64,000 nucleotides of DNA from Blastocladiella emersonii ATCC 22665 (lineage: Eukaryota; Fungi; Blastocladiomycota). The stretch lies in the NCBI GenBank assembly GCA_025594325.1, contig JANHCV010000011.1, positions 1,364,001 to 1,428,000 on the forward strand, in the 5' to 3' direction. Below the pieces are notes generated by a model, which saw nothing but the letters and a program-made list of their open reading frames with translations, did no database searches and had not been told where the DNA came from. Positions 11,926-24,297 of this stretch are shown piece after piece (the first letter of the stretch is position 1; the number at the start of each line of letters is the position of its first letter). The position numbers and the translations under genes were made by a program.

Positions 11926-14900
11926 ATGGAGAACTCGGACGACACGCCGCCCTCGACGCCCCATGTAACTGCCAGCAACGGCGCCCTCGGCAGCCCGGTC
12001 GTTGGTGGCGATCCGCTCGGCGCCCCGCCGACCGAGCCCGCCACGCCCGCTGTGGTCGCGCCTATCGCCTCACGGCTCACCAACGACTTTTTGCTGGCCG
12101 ACTTGGGCCCGTCCACCTGCGGCGTCAAGCGACCGGCCTCCCCGCATGCGTCGCCGTCGAGGAGCCCGCGCAAGGTGTTCCGCCGCGACGGGCCGTCGGT
12201 TGTCGCTCCCGCGGCCGCCCCGACGACCGCCCCGACGACCGCCGCCAGCCTCAACCTGACCGTCGAGCGGCTGCTACAGACGACCAACGCCGCCGCGCTC
12301 GCCGCCCTGGCCGAAGGCGACGGCAAGGGCAAGAAGAAGCGCCGCGACGACGGCAAGGTGCAGGCCACGCTCGACTTCACGGGCGGCCGTCGGCCCAAAG
12401 ACGAGGTGCCCGACCCACCGCCGCCGCCGCCGCCGCCGGCTCGGCCCATCGCCCCGATCCCGCCGCCGACGAGGCGAGGCGGGCGCACCTACCACATGAT
12501 GGGCGTCGACGTCCGCTTCCCGTTCGAGGCGTACCCGTCGCAGCTCGCCATGATGAGCAAGATCATTGAGGCCCTGCGCGCCGGGACGAACGCCCTGCTC
12601 GAGTCGCCGACGGGCTCCGGCAAGTCGCTCGCCCTCCTGTGCGCGACGCTCGCGTGGCGTGGATCCGAGTTCAGCCGCCGCGGGGTCTCCGCGTACGAGC
12701 CCGACCTGCCCGAGACCCGCAAGGAGAAGGGCACCGGGACCGGTATCACGGTGCCGAGGCTCTCGGGCATCGCTGCGGCGGCACGCGCGCGCGCCCGCGA
12801 GCGCGACCGCAAGCACGTCAAGGTCGAGTTAGAAGACGACGACATGGACCTTCCCAAACCACCCGGCGTGCCCCGCATCTACTTTGGGTCCCGCACGCAC
12901 CGGCAGCTCGCGCAGATCGTCGACGAGCTCCGCGACAACTCGACGTACGTGCCGCGCATGGCGGTGCTCGGGTCGCGCACCCACTACTGCATCAACAAAA
13001 TGGTGCGGCGCGCACCGGGGAACATCAACGACGCGTGCTCCGACGCCATCGAGCACAAGACGTGCACCTACTTCAAGAACGCCACCGCGCTGGCCTCGTC
13101 GCACCAGCTGCCGCCCATCTGGGACGTCGAGGACATGCGCGGGCTCGGCATGGAGCTCAAGGGGTGCCCGTACTTTGCCGCACGCACGCTCGCCGAGACC
13201 GCCGAGCTCATCCTGTGCCCATACAACTACCTGCTCGACCCGCAGATCCGCGACGCCGTCGGCATCGACCTCGACAACGCCATTGTCGTGCTCGACGAGG
13301 CGCACAACGTCGAGGACGTGGCCCGCGAGGCCGCCGGGTGCGAGATCGAGGATCTCCAGCTCTGGATCCTCATCAAGGAGCTCGCCAAGCTCATCAAGCA
13401 CTTCAAGGAGGCGCCCGAGGACGAGATCCATCTCGCCGTCGGTGGAACCGGCGAGCCCCAGTACAGCGATCTGCTTCGCTTCGTCCAGGCGCTGAACAGG
13501 TTTCTCATCGACCACGTCAAGACGTTCCGCGAGCAGACCTTCGAGCACAAGCTCAACGTGTACGTGACAGCGCGCTGCTCGCCAGCTCAGCCGGGCTCAC
13601 GCCCCGCATGCGCCTACGTGTAGCATCAGCCCCTTCGTGTTCCTGCAGCATCTCGAGGGCAGCGGGGTCACGCTCGACTCGCTCGTCGACGTGCAGGTCG
13701 CGCTCGAGCGTGTCGCCGAGTGCAAGGCCGAGCAGAAGCGGCGCGAGAACGACAGCAGGACCTTCGGCGACAAGGACTTTGTCTTCGTCAACATGCCGAT
13801 ACTCTCGGACCAGTCGTTTCGCATGATCGGGTCGCTCCTCACCTCCATCGGCAACGTCTTCGACGAGAAGTTCACGGCCGACTTCCACGTCGTCACGTCC
13901 GAGCGCGTCCTGCGCAACGGCGAGGACGAGTCCGACCCCATCGTGCTCGACGACGAGGGCGAGCCCGTGTCCGAGCCCGACGGCAACAGTGGGGACCCGG
14001 AGAAGCGAAAGGTCAGGCACAAGCTGGCGCTGTGGTGCATGAACCCGGGCGTGACCTTCTCGGCGCTGGGCCAGCAGGCGTACTCGGTGCTGCTGACGAG
14101 CGGCACGCTGTCGCCCATGGCCACGTTCGCGTCGGAGCTGCAGGTCGACTTCCCGATCCGGCTCGAGGCCGACCACGTCATCCAGCTCGACCAGACGTGG
14201 GTCGGTGCCGTCAACTCGCCCGAGCTGCTCGGCACCTTCCAGCAGTCCGAGATGTTCCAGTACCAGGACGCGATCGGCTGGGCCGTCGTCGAGATGGCGC
14301 GCCACGTCCCGCACGGCATGCTCGTGTTCGTGCCCAGCTACGCGTTCCTCAACAAGATCATCGACCGGTGGCGCTTCACGGGCGCCATGGCCGCGCTCGA
14401 GCACGCGAAGAAGGTCTTCACCGAGCCCCGGTCGAGCAAGGACGGCGCGTTCGAGGACGTCATCAACGGGTTCTACGAGGCCGTCGACGAGAGCACGCGG
14501 CGCGAGGCTGCTGTCGGGCACTGGGCCGGTGGCGGGTACGTTTCTCTCGTCCTCTCGTTCGCGAGCCGCCGTTCCTCGAACTGACTTCGACTCGCGGTCG
14601 TGTAGCGCACTCATGTTCGGCGTGTACCGCGGCAAGGTGTCCGAGGGCATCGACTTTTCCAACAACCGTGCGCGCGCCGTCGCGTGCGTCGGGATCCCGT
14701 TCCCCAGCGTGTACGCTCCCACACTTGCCTCGCGCTCGACGCCGCCCTTCACCAACCATCCTCATTCGCGCGCGCGTGTAGCATGGACAAGAAGATCAAG
14801 CTCAAGAAGGCGTACAACGACCATCACCGGAGCAGGCGCGGGCTCCTGTCGGGCAGCGAGTGGTACGACATCCAGGCGTACCGCGCCATCAACCAGGCGC

Positions 14901-15256
14901 TCGGCCGGTGCATCCGCCACCGCAACGGCTGGGGCGCGCTCGTGCTGCTCGACCGCCGCTTCGCCATGCCCAAGCACCAGATGGGCCTGTCGAAATGGGT
15001 CCGCCCGCGCATCACCGTGTGGAACCACCTCGGCGCAGCGCTCGAGAACGTCATTGGGTTCCTCGAGTACCGCGGCGTCAAGTACCCGCCGCCGCCCGGA
15101 GCGCAGCCCGCGCTGGAGCAGGCACAGGCGCAGATCAAGATGGAGGTGGTCGTGAAGGAGGAGGAGGAGGCTCGCGACGAGAGCGACGCGAGCGAGTCGA
15201 GCGACGACGAGAGTGAGAGCGGATCCGTGACCCCGAAGCTCGAGCCGCAGAGTTAG
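11926..15256 (+). CDS. BRIP1: Fe-S cluster 5'-3' DNA helicase, FANCJ/BRIP1 (RTEL1-like) family, 3 introns
   Basis: FPFEAYPSQ, LLESPTGSGKSLALLC, SRTHRQLAQ, four Fe-S Cys (YCIN, ACSD, TCTYF, GCPYF), CPYNYLLDP, LDEAHNVED, TSGTLSP, YRGKVSEGIDF, AYRAINQALGRCIRH. Confidence 0.88.
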
Positions 15257-15491
15257 ATCACAATACACACAGCTGTAAAACTTTCAACTGACGGCGAAGG
15301 TCAGCAGCGCGACTTGACGCGACGACGCGTCGCGAGGCTCACTGGCACCCAGCGTGAACAAAGGAGGGTCATATTCGCTCGTCTATCGCTCTTGGCCATC
15401 AATCGGTTGTACACTCACAAAAGGGAACAGTCAAAACACACAAAACGCCTTGGGAGGCGTGCTCGGGCGCTCGCGCGGCGCGACCGCGGCG

Positions 15492-16748
15492 TTACTCGCC
15501 AATAACGGCGGCCTTGATCAGGATCTGGTTGGCATGCTCGTCGAGGAGCCCGCCGAACGCGGTGCCGCGGACGCGCAGGGCGGCGGGGTCGACGGGGTAG
15601 TCGTAGACGCTGTGGAACAGGTCCATGGATTCGCCGCGCACGAGGCCGCCGGTGAGCGGGAGGACGAGGGCGAGGCGCGGGAACATGGAGAGGAACCGCT
15701 CGAGCAGTGCGACCGCGTCGACCGTGTGGGCGCGCCACTCGCCGACGGCGATACCCGTCTCGAGCTGCGCCAGGATCTGCGCCCACGCGCTCGCCACCAG
15801 GTCGGCCCGCTCGTTGTGCGCGTCCTGCACCGTCGGCGGCATCGCGAGCCGCTCGGCGTTGGTCGTCGGGTGCGTCAGGTGCATGGTCTGCGCCCGCACG
15901 TCGCTCTCGATGCGCATCCGCAGCGAGATCCACTCGTCGGCCAGCTGCTGCAGCGAGTCGACGCTCATGAGGCTGCCCGACTGCCCGTACGGCGACGCCG
16001 CCTGCGCCGCGGCAGCGGCCTGCGCGAGCGCCGGGAGCGCCGCGACGGGGAGCGTGCGGTACCCGTGGCCAAAGTTGGTCGGGACAAAGGCGGCCGGGAT
16101 CGGAACCGCCGAGGGCGCGGGGGCCGACGGGGCGAGACCGGCACCGGTGCGCTGTGTCGGGAGCGTCGTCGCAGTCGTAGGCTTGAAAAGGCCGCGCATC
16201 GGCGTGTTGCGCGCCATGTAGCCCGTGGCCGAGCCGCGGTTGCGGCGGCGAATGACGAAGATGGCGATGCCCAGGACCTACTCGGCGAAGTATCACTGGT
16301 TAATCGTCGATGGATAGGGAGCGGAGTGACGCGGGGATCGTACGAGGACAGCAGCAATCACGGCGGCCGAGATGCCAATCACGGTGCCTGCACTTGAGCC
16401 CGAGGACGACGAGCTCGCATCCGCGACGCCGGTGGCGGACGAGATGGCCGTGCCAACCGCGGACGTGAACGGCGTCGAGCTGGTCGTCGAGGACGTGGTC
16501 GTGAGACTCGACGTCAAGGACGAGCTGGTGGTGGTCGTCGTATCGGTGGTCAACGTGGTCGTCGTAGTCGTGGTCGTGGATGTGATGGTGCTGTTGTCGG
16601 TGCTGGTCGGAGTCGGCTCCGGGGTTTCCGTTGAAGCAGTAGTGGAGGTGCTCCGACTAGTCGAAGTAGTCCGCGAGGACGACGAGGTCGTAGTTGGGGT
16701 CGGCGAAGCCGCGGTCGTCGGCGGCACCGGGCGGCTGCTGCTCGACAT
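15492..16748 (-). CDS. Ser/Thr-rich single-pass membrane protein (no signal peptide); intron 16278-16343
   Basis: S/T-rich N-terminus; spliced TM GTVIGISAAVIAAVL|VLGIAIFVI followed by RRRN; cytoplasmic tail of about 240 aa. Confidence 0.7.
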
Positions 16749-17305
16749 GGTGGAAGTCGCGCGATCTGGTCGGGATGCGGGATGGAGCCGAGTGCACCAA
16801 GTGCGAGCTTCGTCTAGTCTACGGGATCGGCGCCCGTGGTAGGGGGCGACCAAGGTGGCGGAGAGGAGGAGAGGAAACGGCGGCGGCGGCGGCGGGTGGC
16901 GGCGCAGGAGCCGAAGCGGGGGCGCAGCGTGGGCCACACCGGACGGCTCGAACATGCTCGGTCACGCGAACGGGATCACCTCTTCGATCACGACCTGGTT
17001 TCCAACGTTTGACTGAATAACGCGACCCCCAATGATGGTTCAAACATCGCTTATTTGACGGTTCTAGTGGTCGACAGGTCTTGCTTGACAGCGCACGACT
17101 CGCCTTCACACTCGCGGCACGCGTGCTCGCCTCATGCTGGGGAATTGCTGGATCCTAGTGTGCTCGCTCAAGCACTCGGGGAAACGAGTGTTACGCCAAG
17201 CTTAAGACGCGCTTCTGATCTCTGACGTGATGGAATGACGCGTCTCGCGACAGTTACGGCGAGCACAACAACGAATCTATTCAAATGGGACGACAATGGT
17301 ACGAA

Positions 17306-17590
17306 CTAGTTGAGAGCAGCCTGGTAATGGACGAAAACTCGACCAACAGAATCTCGAGTGACAATTCCATGAAGAATAGGAGTCTCGCGCACGCGTGAAC
17401 CAGGACTTGGGCGAGGGACCGCTTCAGGCAGAATGAGTGGCTCCTCGATTACATCGCAAGACCCTGGAAGATACAGAGGCTCGTAGGGGAGAAAGAGCTC
17501 TTCATCAACCGTGAGATCTCCGGAACTCGTTGCAATGGGTGGATTGCAGGCGATGCCGACGAAGTACAACGATGAGACCCGTCACCTACA
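17306..17590 (-). pseudogene. Degenerate tandem paralog of the 18040-18908 membrane gene
   Basis: EELFLPYEPLYLPGSCDVIEEPLILPEAVPR..PILHGIVTR aligns with EEELYLPGTRVVIEEPLFLPDAAPR..PVLIGVVTR. A TM-like VTGLIVVLRRHR lies upstream in another frame; the region is AT-richer than its flanks. Confidence 0.5.
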
Positions 17591-17942
17591 AGAACGGCGT
17601 CACGAGCAACTAGGAGGAAGATTGGCGGCCTGGACATCGAGTTCCTGGAGAGTTTTCCGCGATCTAGCTCATAAATCATTAGATTTATCATGTTTCGAGT
17701 GTTTCGAGCAAGTGTGGTGGGCAGAGAGAGCACGAACATCGGGGCACGCGCGGAAGTTGTGCACCGCGTTGAGCACCGCCTAGCACCGCAGGCGGGTGCG
17801 TTTCCCGCGGGCATTTCGTCTGCCGCACATGATATTGACTCTTCCGAAAAGCACCGTTTTGCTGACGCCGCAGCTCCAGATACGGAGTGTGTTTGCGACC
17901 TCGGAAGCAATCGACTCCTCACTCGGACGCGTTCAGCCACAG

Positions 17943-17963
17943 CGTGATTGATCGACGCGTCTC
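17943..17963. promoter_or_regulatory. Repeated non-coding element, copy 1 (CGTGATTGATCGACGCGTCTC)
   Basis: 21-nt exact match to 28795-28815; contains the MCB core ACGCGT. Confidence 0.5.
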
Positions 17964-18039
17964 GCACGGGAGACAAAACAATGTATGGCTCCATTCATCT
18001 ATTACTTCTCTATGTGTGACCTCTACACTCTCTGTTAGC

Positions 18040-18908
18040 TCATCCTTGAGCGTCAGGAGCACGCGTAACGACACCGATGAGAACGGGCGCGTCGTGCGAG
18101 TGCGAGCCAGCGGGTGAACGCGGCGCGGCGTCGGGCAAAAACAGAGGCTCCTCGATGACGACGCGAGTCCCTGGTAGATAGAGCTCCTCTTCGAACTGAG
18201 CCGGCGCGATTTCGACGCTCGCTGCTGCCGCAGGTACCGCTACGGCGAGCGGCGCGGGAGCGACGTTGACCACGGTCGCTGGCGGCGCGGGAGCGACATT
18301 GACCGCAGTCTTAGGCTCCGCGGCCACCATGGGCTTGTCGTGTACCGCCGGGCCGGTAGCAGAGCGCTTGCCACGACTCCGGCGGCCGATCAAGAACGCG
18401 GCGATGCCCACGAGCTACACACGACGTGGTCCGGACGTTAGTGTCACGGAGGCCTAGCGTGAGCATGCGATCAGCGGCGTACAAGGAGCGCGATCACGGC
18501 GAGCAGGAGAAGCAAGACGCTCGGCCCAGAAGTCGACGAGGACCCGTCGCCCGCGCCAACGCCCGTGGTTGGGGAAATCGATGGGCTGCTTGTGGCACCG
18601 AGAGTCGCGGTGCCCGACCGGCTCACGGCGGTCGACAAAGTCGAAGATGCTGTCGTCGCCGAACTTGAACCCGAGCTGGAGTCGGATCTCGTTGCCGACG
18701 CCGAGCCGTCAGGGCTTCCACTCGGAGCCGGTGCTGGGGTCCAGGATGAAACCGAGGTCGGGACCGGCTGAGGCGGAGGAGGTGGCGGCGGCGGCGGCGG
18801 TTGGGGCGTAGGAGACGGTGAAGGAGGCGTCGGCGTAGGTGTAGGAACCGGCGCGGGCGTCGGCGTTAGGGTGATCGTGATCGGCTCGTGAGTACGGCCG
18901 TTCGACAT
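18040..18908 (-). CDS. Pro/Ser/Thr-rich single-pass membrane protein; intron 18415-18482
   Basis: P/T/S-rich N-terminus; spliced TM SVLLLLLAVIALL|LVGIAAFLIGRRS; tail with repeated ExL(Y/F)LP. Confidence 0.7.
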
Positions 18909-19599
18909 GATGTGCGGTGATACGTGAAGCGCTGCTGTGTGCCCGAAGAGAGAGAAGGAGCGAGAGGGAACGCCGTTGAGCTGTGGGCGAGGCGTAGTGG
19001 CGCGACGCCCAGTTCCGCAGCAGAGATGCTGATGCTCGTTCAGGAGCTTCTGTGTGCCCTCTCATGCAAACCTTGGCCGAGCTTTCATGCACGCGTGCTC
19101 GAGCGCACGGGGAAACGGTTTCGGGTGTTTCAGCCGCTGCAGCTCATCGGCACGGGAGCGCGGTGATCCGGGAAGTGATCGCGCGCGAGAGCGCGATGAC
19201 GCAGATGTGCAGCATGAGCATCGCGTCCCTGAGCTCGAATCGTCGTCATGCGCGTGGCGCTGCCGCGCGACCAAGTGCCTCTTGGCTTGAGTTCAGGCCC
19301 CCCATGGCTGCGCCACGGTCGCTAGCCGCGAGCCACACCGGGCTGGTGTTCGCGCCGCGCCGCTCATCGTCGCGCCTCCACGACTTGCTTGCTGCGGGGA
19401 TTCCCGTCTACCCTTGTTCGCACACTCCCCGCACGCTCGACCGTGGAAATAAAAGGGACGTCGTCCCTCCCATCGACTCAAGCTCTTCTTTTGTACGAGT
19501 AAACGCGGGCTGGCTCCCGACCTCAACAACCCTACAACCAACCTTCAATCCCTTCAGCGCTGGTCGCTTCTTCTCAATCCCCTCCTCGATATCACCAGA

Positions 19600-21220
19600 A
19601 TGCCTCGCAAGACCTCCCCCGCCACCCATACCCCCCGTCGCCGCTGGTCGGTGGCCACCCTCCTGGCCCTCCTCGCCTTCGTCTACGCCGCGCAGGCCGC
19701 GCCGTCGTCGTCGGGCACCTGGGTCATCCAGCTCGAGTCGGAGCAGGACTTTGGCGTCGCCACGTCGGCCATCATGTCCGTGTACGAGAGCAAGGGCATG
19801 CGGTCGATCGCCAGCTCGCCCGAGGTCATCACCATCGGCCCGAGCTTCCGCGCCCTCGCCATGCCCGCCGGCGACTCGGCGCTCAAGGCCGAGCTGCAGA
19901 ACATGACGTCTGTCGCAACCGTCCAGCGCGAGGCCCAGTGGGAGCTCTTCGGAGCGCAGGCGCAGGCCGTTCCCGGGCTTGGTACGTTCAATACGCTGCT
20001 GCGGTTGCGCAAGCCCCGAGGTGATCAAGCTGATCGGCTGCGCCACCCCGCTTCCGCCTCTCGTAGACCGCATCGACTCGCGCCAGGGCACCGACGGCAC
20101 CTTCAACTTCCCCGACAATGGCGGCGAGGGCGTGTCCGTGTACGTGATCGACACGGGCATCAACACGCAGCACCCGGACTTCCAGGGCCGCGCGCGGTTC
20201 CTGCAGGACTTCACGGGCGAGGGCAACAACGACCAGCAGGGCCACGGGTCGCACTGCGCGGGCACCATCGGCGGCGCGACCTTCGGGATCGCCAAGAAGT
20301 CGGAGCTCGTGGCGGTGAAGGTGTTCGATGCATCGGGTAGAGGCTCGAGCACCGGCATTCTGCGCGCGCTGCAGGCCGTGTCGCAGGACGTGCAGCGCAC
20401 GGGCAAGCCGTCGGTCGTGAACATGTCGCTCGGCGGGCCCAAGGGCCCCGATGGCGACGTGGCCACGCAGCGCGCGATCCAGTCGCTCACGCAGCAGGGC
20501 GTCAACGTCGTCGTGGCCGCGGGCAACGAGTCGCAGGACGCGTGCAACGTGTCGCCGGCCTTCATCCGCGAGGCCATCACGGTCGCGGCTGCCGACCCGC
20601 GCAACGACCAGATCGCGTCCTTCTCGAACGTCGGCCAGTGCGTCGACATCACCGCGCCCGGCGTCAACATCCAGTCGGTCGACGCCAAGTCGACGGGCTC
20701 CAAGCAGCTCTCGGGCACGTCCATGGCGTCGCCGCACGTGGCCGGCGTCGTCGCCGTCTACCGCTCGATGGGCATGAGCGCGCAGCAGGCGCAGCAGAAG
20801 CTCCTCGCGGACGCGACGCCCGACGCGGTCAAGGGCAACCTGCGCGGCACCAACGGCCGGTTCCTGTTCCTCGACCCCGCGGGCGGTGCGGCCGGCGGCG
20901 GCGGCCAGCAGCAGCGCGGCGGGAACACGGGCCGCAACCAGCGCGCGGGCGGCAACGGCGCGGGCGCGGGTGCCGGCACTCGCCAGCCTGGAACCGGCAA
21001 CCGTCAGGCCAACGCGGGTGGCCAGCAGCAGCAGCGCGGCGGGAACGCTGGGAACGCGACTGGTGGCGGGCAGCAGCAGCGCGCGGGCGGCCAGCAGAAG
21101 CAGCAGCGCACGGGGAACAATGGCCAGCAGCAGCAGACGCAGCAGCCGCGGAACGGCGGCGTGACGAGCGTCACGGCGGCCGAGGAGGAGACGCAGGGCA
21201 TCAAGACGACCCTGCAGTAA
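19600..21220 (+). CDS. Secreted subtilisin-like serine protease (S8, proteinase K-like) with prodomain; intron 19982-20066
   Basis: Signal-like SVATLLALLAFVYAAQA; catalytic motifs VYVIDTG, HGSHCAG, VVAAGNE, LSGTSMASPHVAG. Confidence 0.92.
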
Positions 21221-21355
21221 ACGATGAGCTGTTGCGATTTGAGTTGTAATATGAGACGATTTGCTTCCCACCAGTAGAGTCGCGATGATCAGGTGTTGTG
21301 TATGAGCGATTAGATAGTAGTAAGGTACGGGTAGGATCGGGCAAGGGCGGAGCGC

Positions 21356-22323
21356 TTACGCCTTGTTGAACTTCTCGGCGAAGATGGCGTGGACCTTGGC
21401 ATAGACCTCGTCGCGGGTGCCGAGGCACGAGATCTGGTGGACCTTGCCGAGAGCGCGGTACTTCTCGATGACGGGGAACGAGGTGTCGCGGAAGGTGGCG
21501 AAACGCTTGCGGATCGACTCGAGGTTGTCGTCGACACGGCCACTAGTCTCACCGCGCTTGAGCAGGCGCGTCTCCATCTCGCGCTCAGGGCACTCGAGGT
21601 ACAGGACGAAGTCGCTCGCGGCAACCGTCTCCTCAAACGCGTCGGCCTGGTCCATCTTACGAGGGAAGCCTATTTGGTATGGCGGGCGAGTAAGCGTTTT
21701 GACAAATGTGACGGGAAGGCGAGCCGAGTACCGTCAATGAGGAAGCGGTTCTTGCCGCTCGCGAGCATGGCGGTCTCGAGCAGCTTGATGGTGATCTCCA
21801 TAGGCACGATCTTGCCCTCCTTGATGTAGTTGTTGATGAGCTCGCCAACCTTGGACCCGGCGCGGTTGCGCTCCTCGCGCAGCAGGTCGCCGGCCGACAG
21901 GTGCACGAAGTCAAAATCGTCCACAAGACGCGAGGACACTACACGCACAGACGTCACGGTAAAGATCCAGGCAGGTCACAGTACAATCGCATAAAAGATC
22001 AAACCTGTGCCCTTGCTTGCGCCCGGCCCGCCGAGGATGAAGACGACGGTCGGCTTGACCTTGAACGGCGAGTTGGGCGGCAGGCCCGTCTTGGCTGCGA
22101 CAGCGGCGGGGGCGGCGGCGGCGGCGGGGACGGCGGCAGACTTGGCCGCATCCTGGCTGTTGAGGTAGTAGTAGGTCGCACAGCCAGCGACGGCGAACGC
22201 GCCACCGAGGGTGAGGAAGCGCGCGGCCGACGACGACGACGACGAGGCGCCGGCCTCGCTGGCGAAGGTGCGGGCGGCCGTGGCGCGCGTGGTGCGGGCA
22301 GCGCGGAGTACGTTGCGGAACAT
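21356..22323 (-). CDS. URA6: UMP-CMP kinase (adenylate kinase family) with N-terminal presequence/TM extension, 2 introns
   Basis: [49 protein letters not shown]|[23 protein letters not shown]. Confidence 0.88.
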
Positions 22324-22550
22324 GGCGAGTATGCGAGGTGGCGGGGCAGGAGGGAGAGAGCGCCGATCGGCGCGAGAGAAAGCAGGGGCGCAGCGGCGCG
22401 ACGGCGGCACGGCGTGGGCGTTGGTCGCCGCCATTCCTCACGTGGGAGTTTGACATCACTCTGTCGCCCTTCGAACGCCACGAACAGCTCTCTTTCTCTG
22501 CGCGATCACAACCCCTAGAATCAGTACAGTGTCGGGGCACTGCATGCAAC

Positions 22551-23415
22551 ATGGAGCTCTCGATCACGCGCTACGACAAGGCCGAGTACATTGAGACTGT
22601 GCGGCGTCATGTCCCTTGTGTCGCGGTCCCGGCACGGGCTGACGCGGCGATCCCTGCGGCTAGGACACGGGCAACAAGGTGTCCCGGAAGTCCGTCATCT
22701 GCGGGTCACAGAACATTGTTCTCGGTGGCAAGGTGCGGTCGTTCGCCCCGCAGCCCCGCCGACTACGCGCTGATTCTCGGTCCCGTAGTCAATTATCCAA
22801 ACCGACTGCATCGTGCGCGGCGACCTGCGTCGCGCGGGTGCTGGTCCAACTGTCGTTGTCGCCATTGGCCGGTGCTGCATCCTGAGCGCACGCTGTGTGC
22901 TGCGGCCGCCGTACAAGACGTTCAAGGGGTACCATTGCTGCCCACGCGTCGTTTCCCGCGCCGCTCGCTGAATCGCGAAATTGTTTAGCCAGTTCAACTA
23001 CTACCCGATGAAGATCGGCGACCACGTTTATATTGGCGAGGACACGATCGTTGAGGCCGCATCGATTGGCAGTCACGTCCAGATTGGACGAAACTGCGTC
23101 ATCGTACGGGTCTCTACGACACACTCCCAATACCTTGTTCTCACTCTAATGCGTATTCTAGGGCCGTTTCGCCATCATCAAGGACTGCGTCAAGATCGAG
23201 GACGGCACCGTGGTCCCACCACACTCGGTCATCGCCAGCTTCTCGATCATCAAGGGCAGCCCGGGTGTCGTGGTCGGCGAGCTTCCCGAGTGTATCCAGG
23301 AGGTCTACGAGCGTACGTTGTCGCGCGCTTTGCTGTCATTGGCGAGGCTCACGCTCCGCGCGCGCGTGCAGAGGAGACCAAGGAGTTTTACAGCAAGTTT
23401 GTGCCACGAAAGTAG
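22551..23415 (+). CDS. DCTN5: Dynactin subunit 5 (p25), multi-intron
   Basis: YDKAEYIET|[81 protein letters not shown]: left-handed beta-helix p25. Confidence 0.92.
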
Positions 23416-23420
23416 TCGAT

Positions 23421-23804
23421 CTACAATTGTACATTGCTCGCTACTGTGCTGAAGCGCTTGGACCATGAGTGCTGCGGGCTCAAGCAACCTTTTCCTTCGG
23501 ACGCGGGCGCGATTGGCGGCAGTAGCACGGCGAACCGGGGCTGGCTGGTCCAGCAATGCGCGCAAATGGCGACGAGGCCGGCACGAAAGAGACCGATGTA
23601 GAGGAACGGCACGAGGCTCCACGACTTCTCGAACTCGCCCGAGGGAAGATCCGGAAACCTGTTCGGAGGGACGGGTGCAGGCGCAGCAGCCCCGGCAGCC
23701 CTGGCGGACGGTGTCCATGTGGCGGTGACCAGGGAAGGCGGCGCGACTTGAGCAACCGCCGCCGTGACGAGAAGCGCGAGTAGTTGAAGTACGAGGTGAT
23801 ACAT
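23421..23804 (-). CDS. Possible small secreted/membrane protein
   Basis: MYHLVLQLLALLVTAAVAQ looks like a signal peptide and WSLVPFLYIGLFRAGLVAICAHCW is hydrophobic. No recognisable homology and codon usage is atypical. Confidence 0.3.
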   Translation of the reverse strand: MYHLVLQLLALLVTAAVAQVAPPSLVTATWTPSARAAGAAAPAPVPPNRFPDLPSGEFEKSWSLVPFLYIGLFRAGLVAICAHCWTSQPRFAVLLPPIAPASEGKGCLSPQHSWSKRFSTVASNVQL

Positions 23805-24297
23805 AATGCAATCCGCCCTTCGAGTTGACGCCGCGAGGAAAAGAAGCGTTCTCCGCGGTGCGCGGCCGGATTCAGTTCCTGCCGGGTCCGCGAGAAGTAG
23901 ACCCGCTGGTTCTCGCCGCGCAAACCCGTCACTTGGCTCAAGGACTCGAATAAAGCGTCGCCCGGACACAAGAACAGTCGACTGCACAAGAGCTCACGTC
24001 CAATGTCAAGCTCCTGGCCACGGCGACAGATTCTTGGCCCTGCACCGGCGAACAGCACCGACAGCCGTTTCGGCGCGTCCTGCCGCTGCATCGTCCTGCA
24101 ATAACCTGTTGCACTGAGTCGTTACGCATAAGACTCCATCCTCCGCGCCTGCGGAGAGAGCTGCAGCTTGAAACGGGTCGCGTCGTTGCGTGGCAGCGGC
24201 GCCTGCAGGCCACACGTGATGTTCATCAACACGACCTCGAGGCGCGACGCTCGCCCGCGGCCCGTCCGCCCTCCGCTCGACCGCCAACGTGAAGCAA

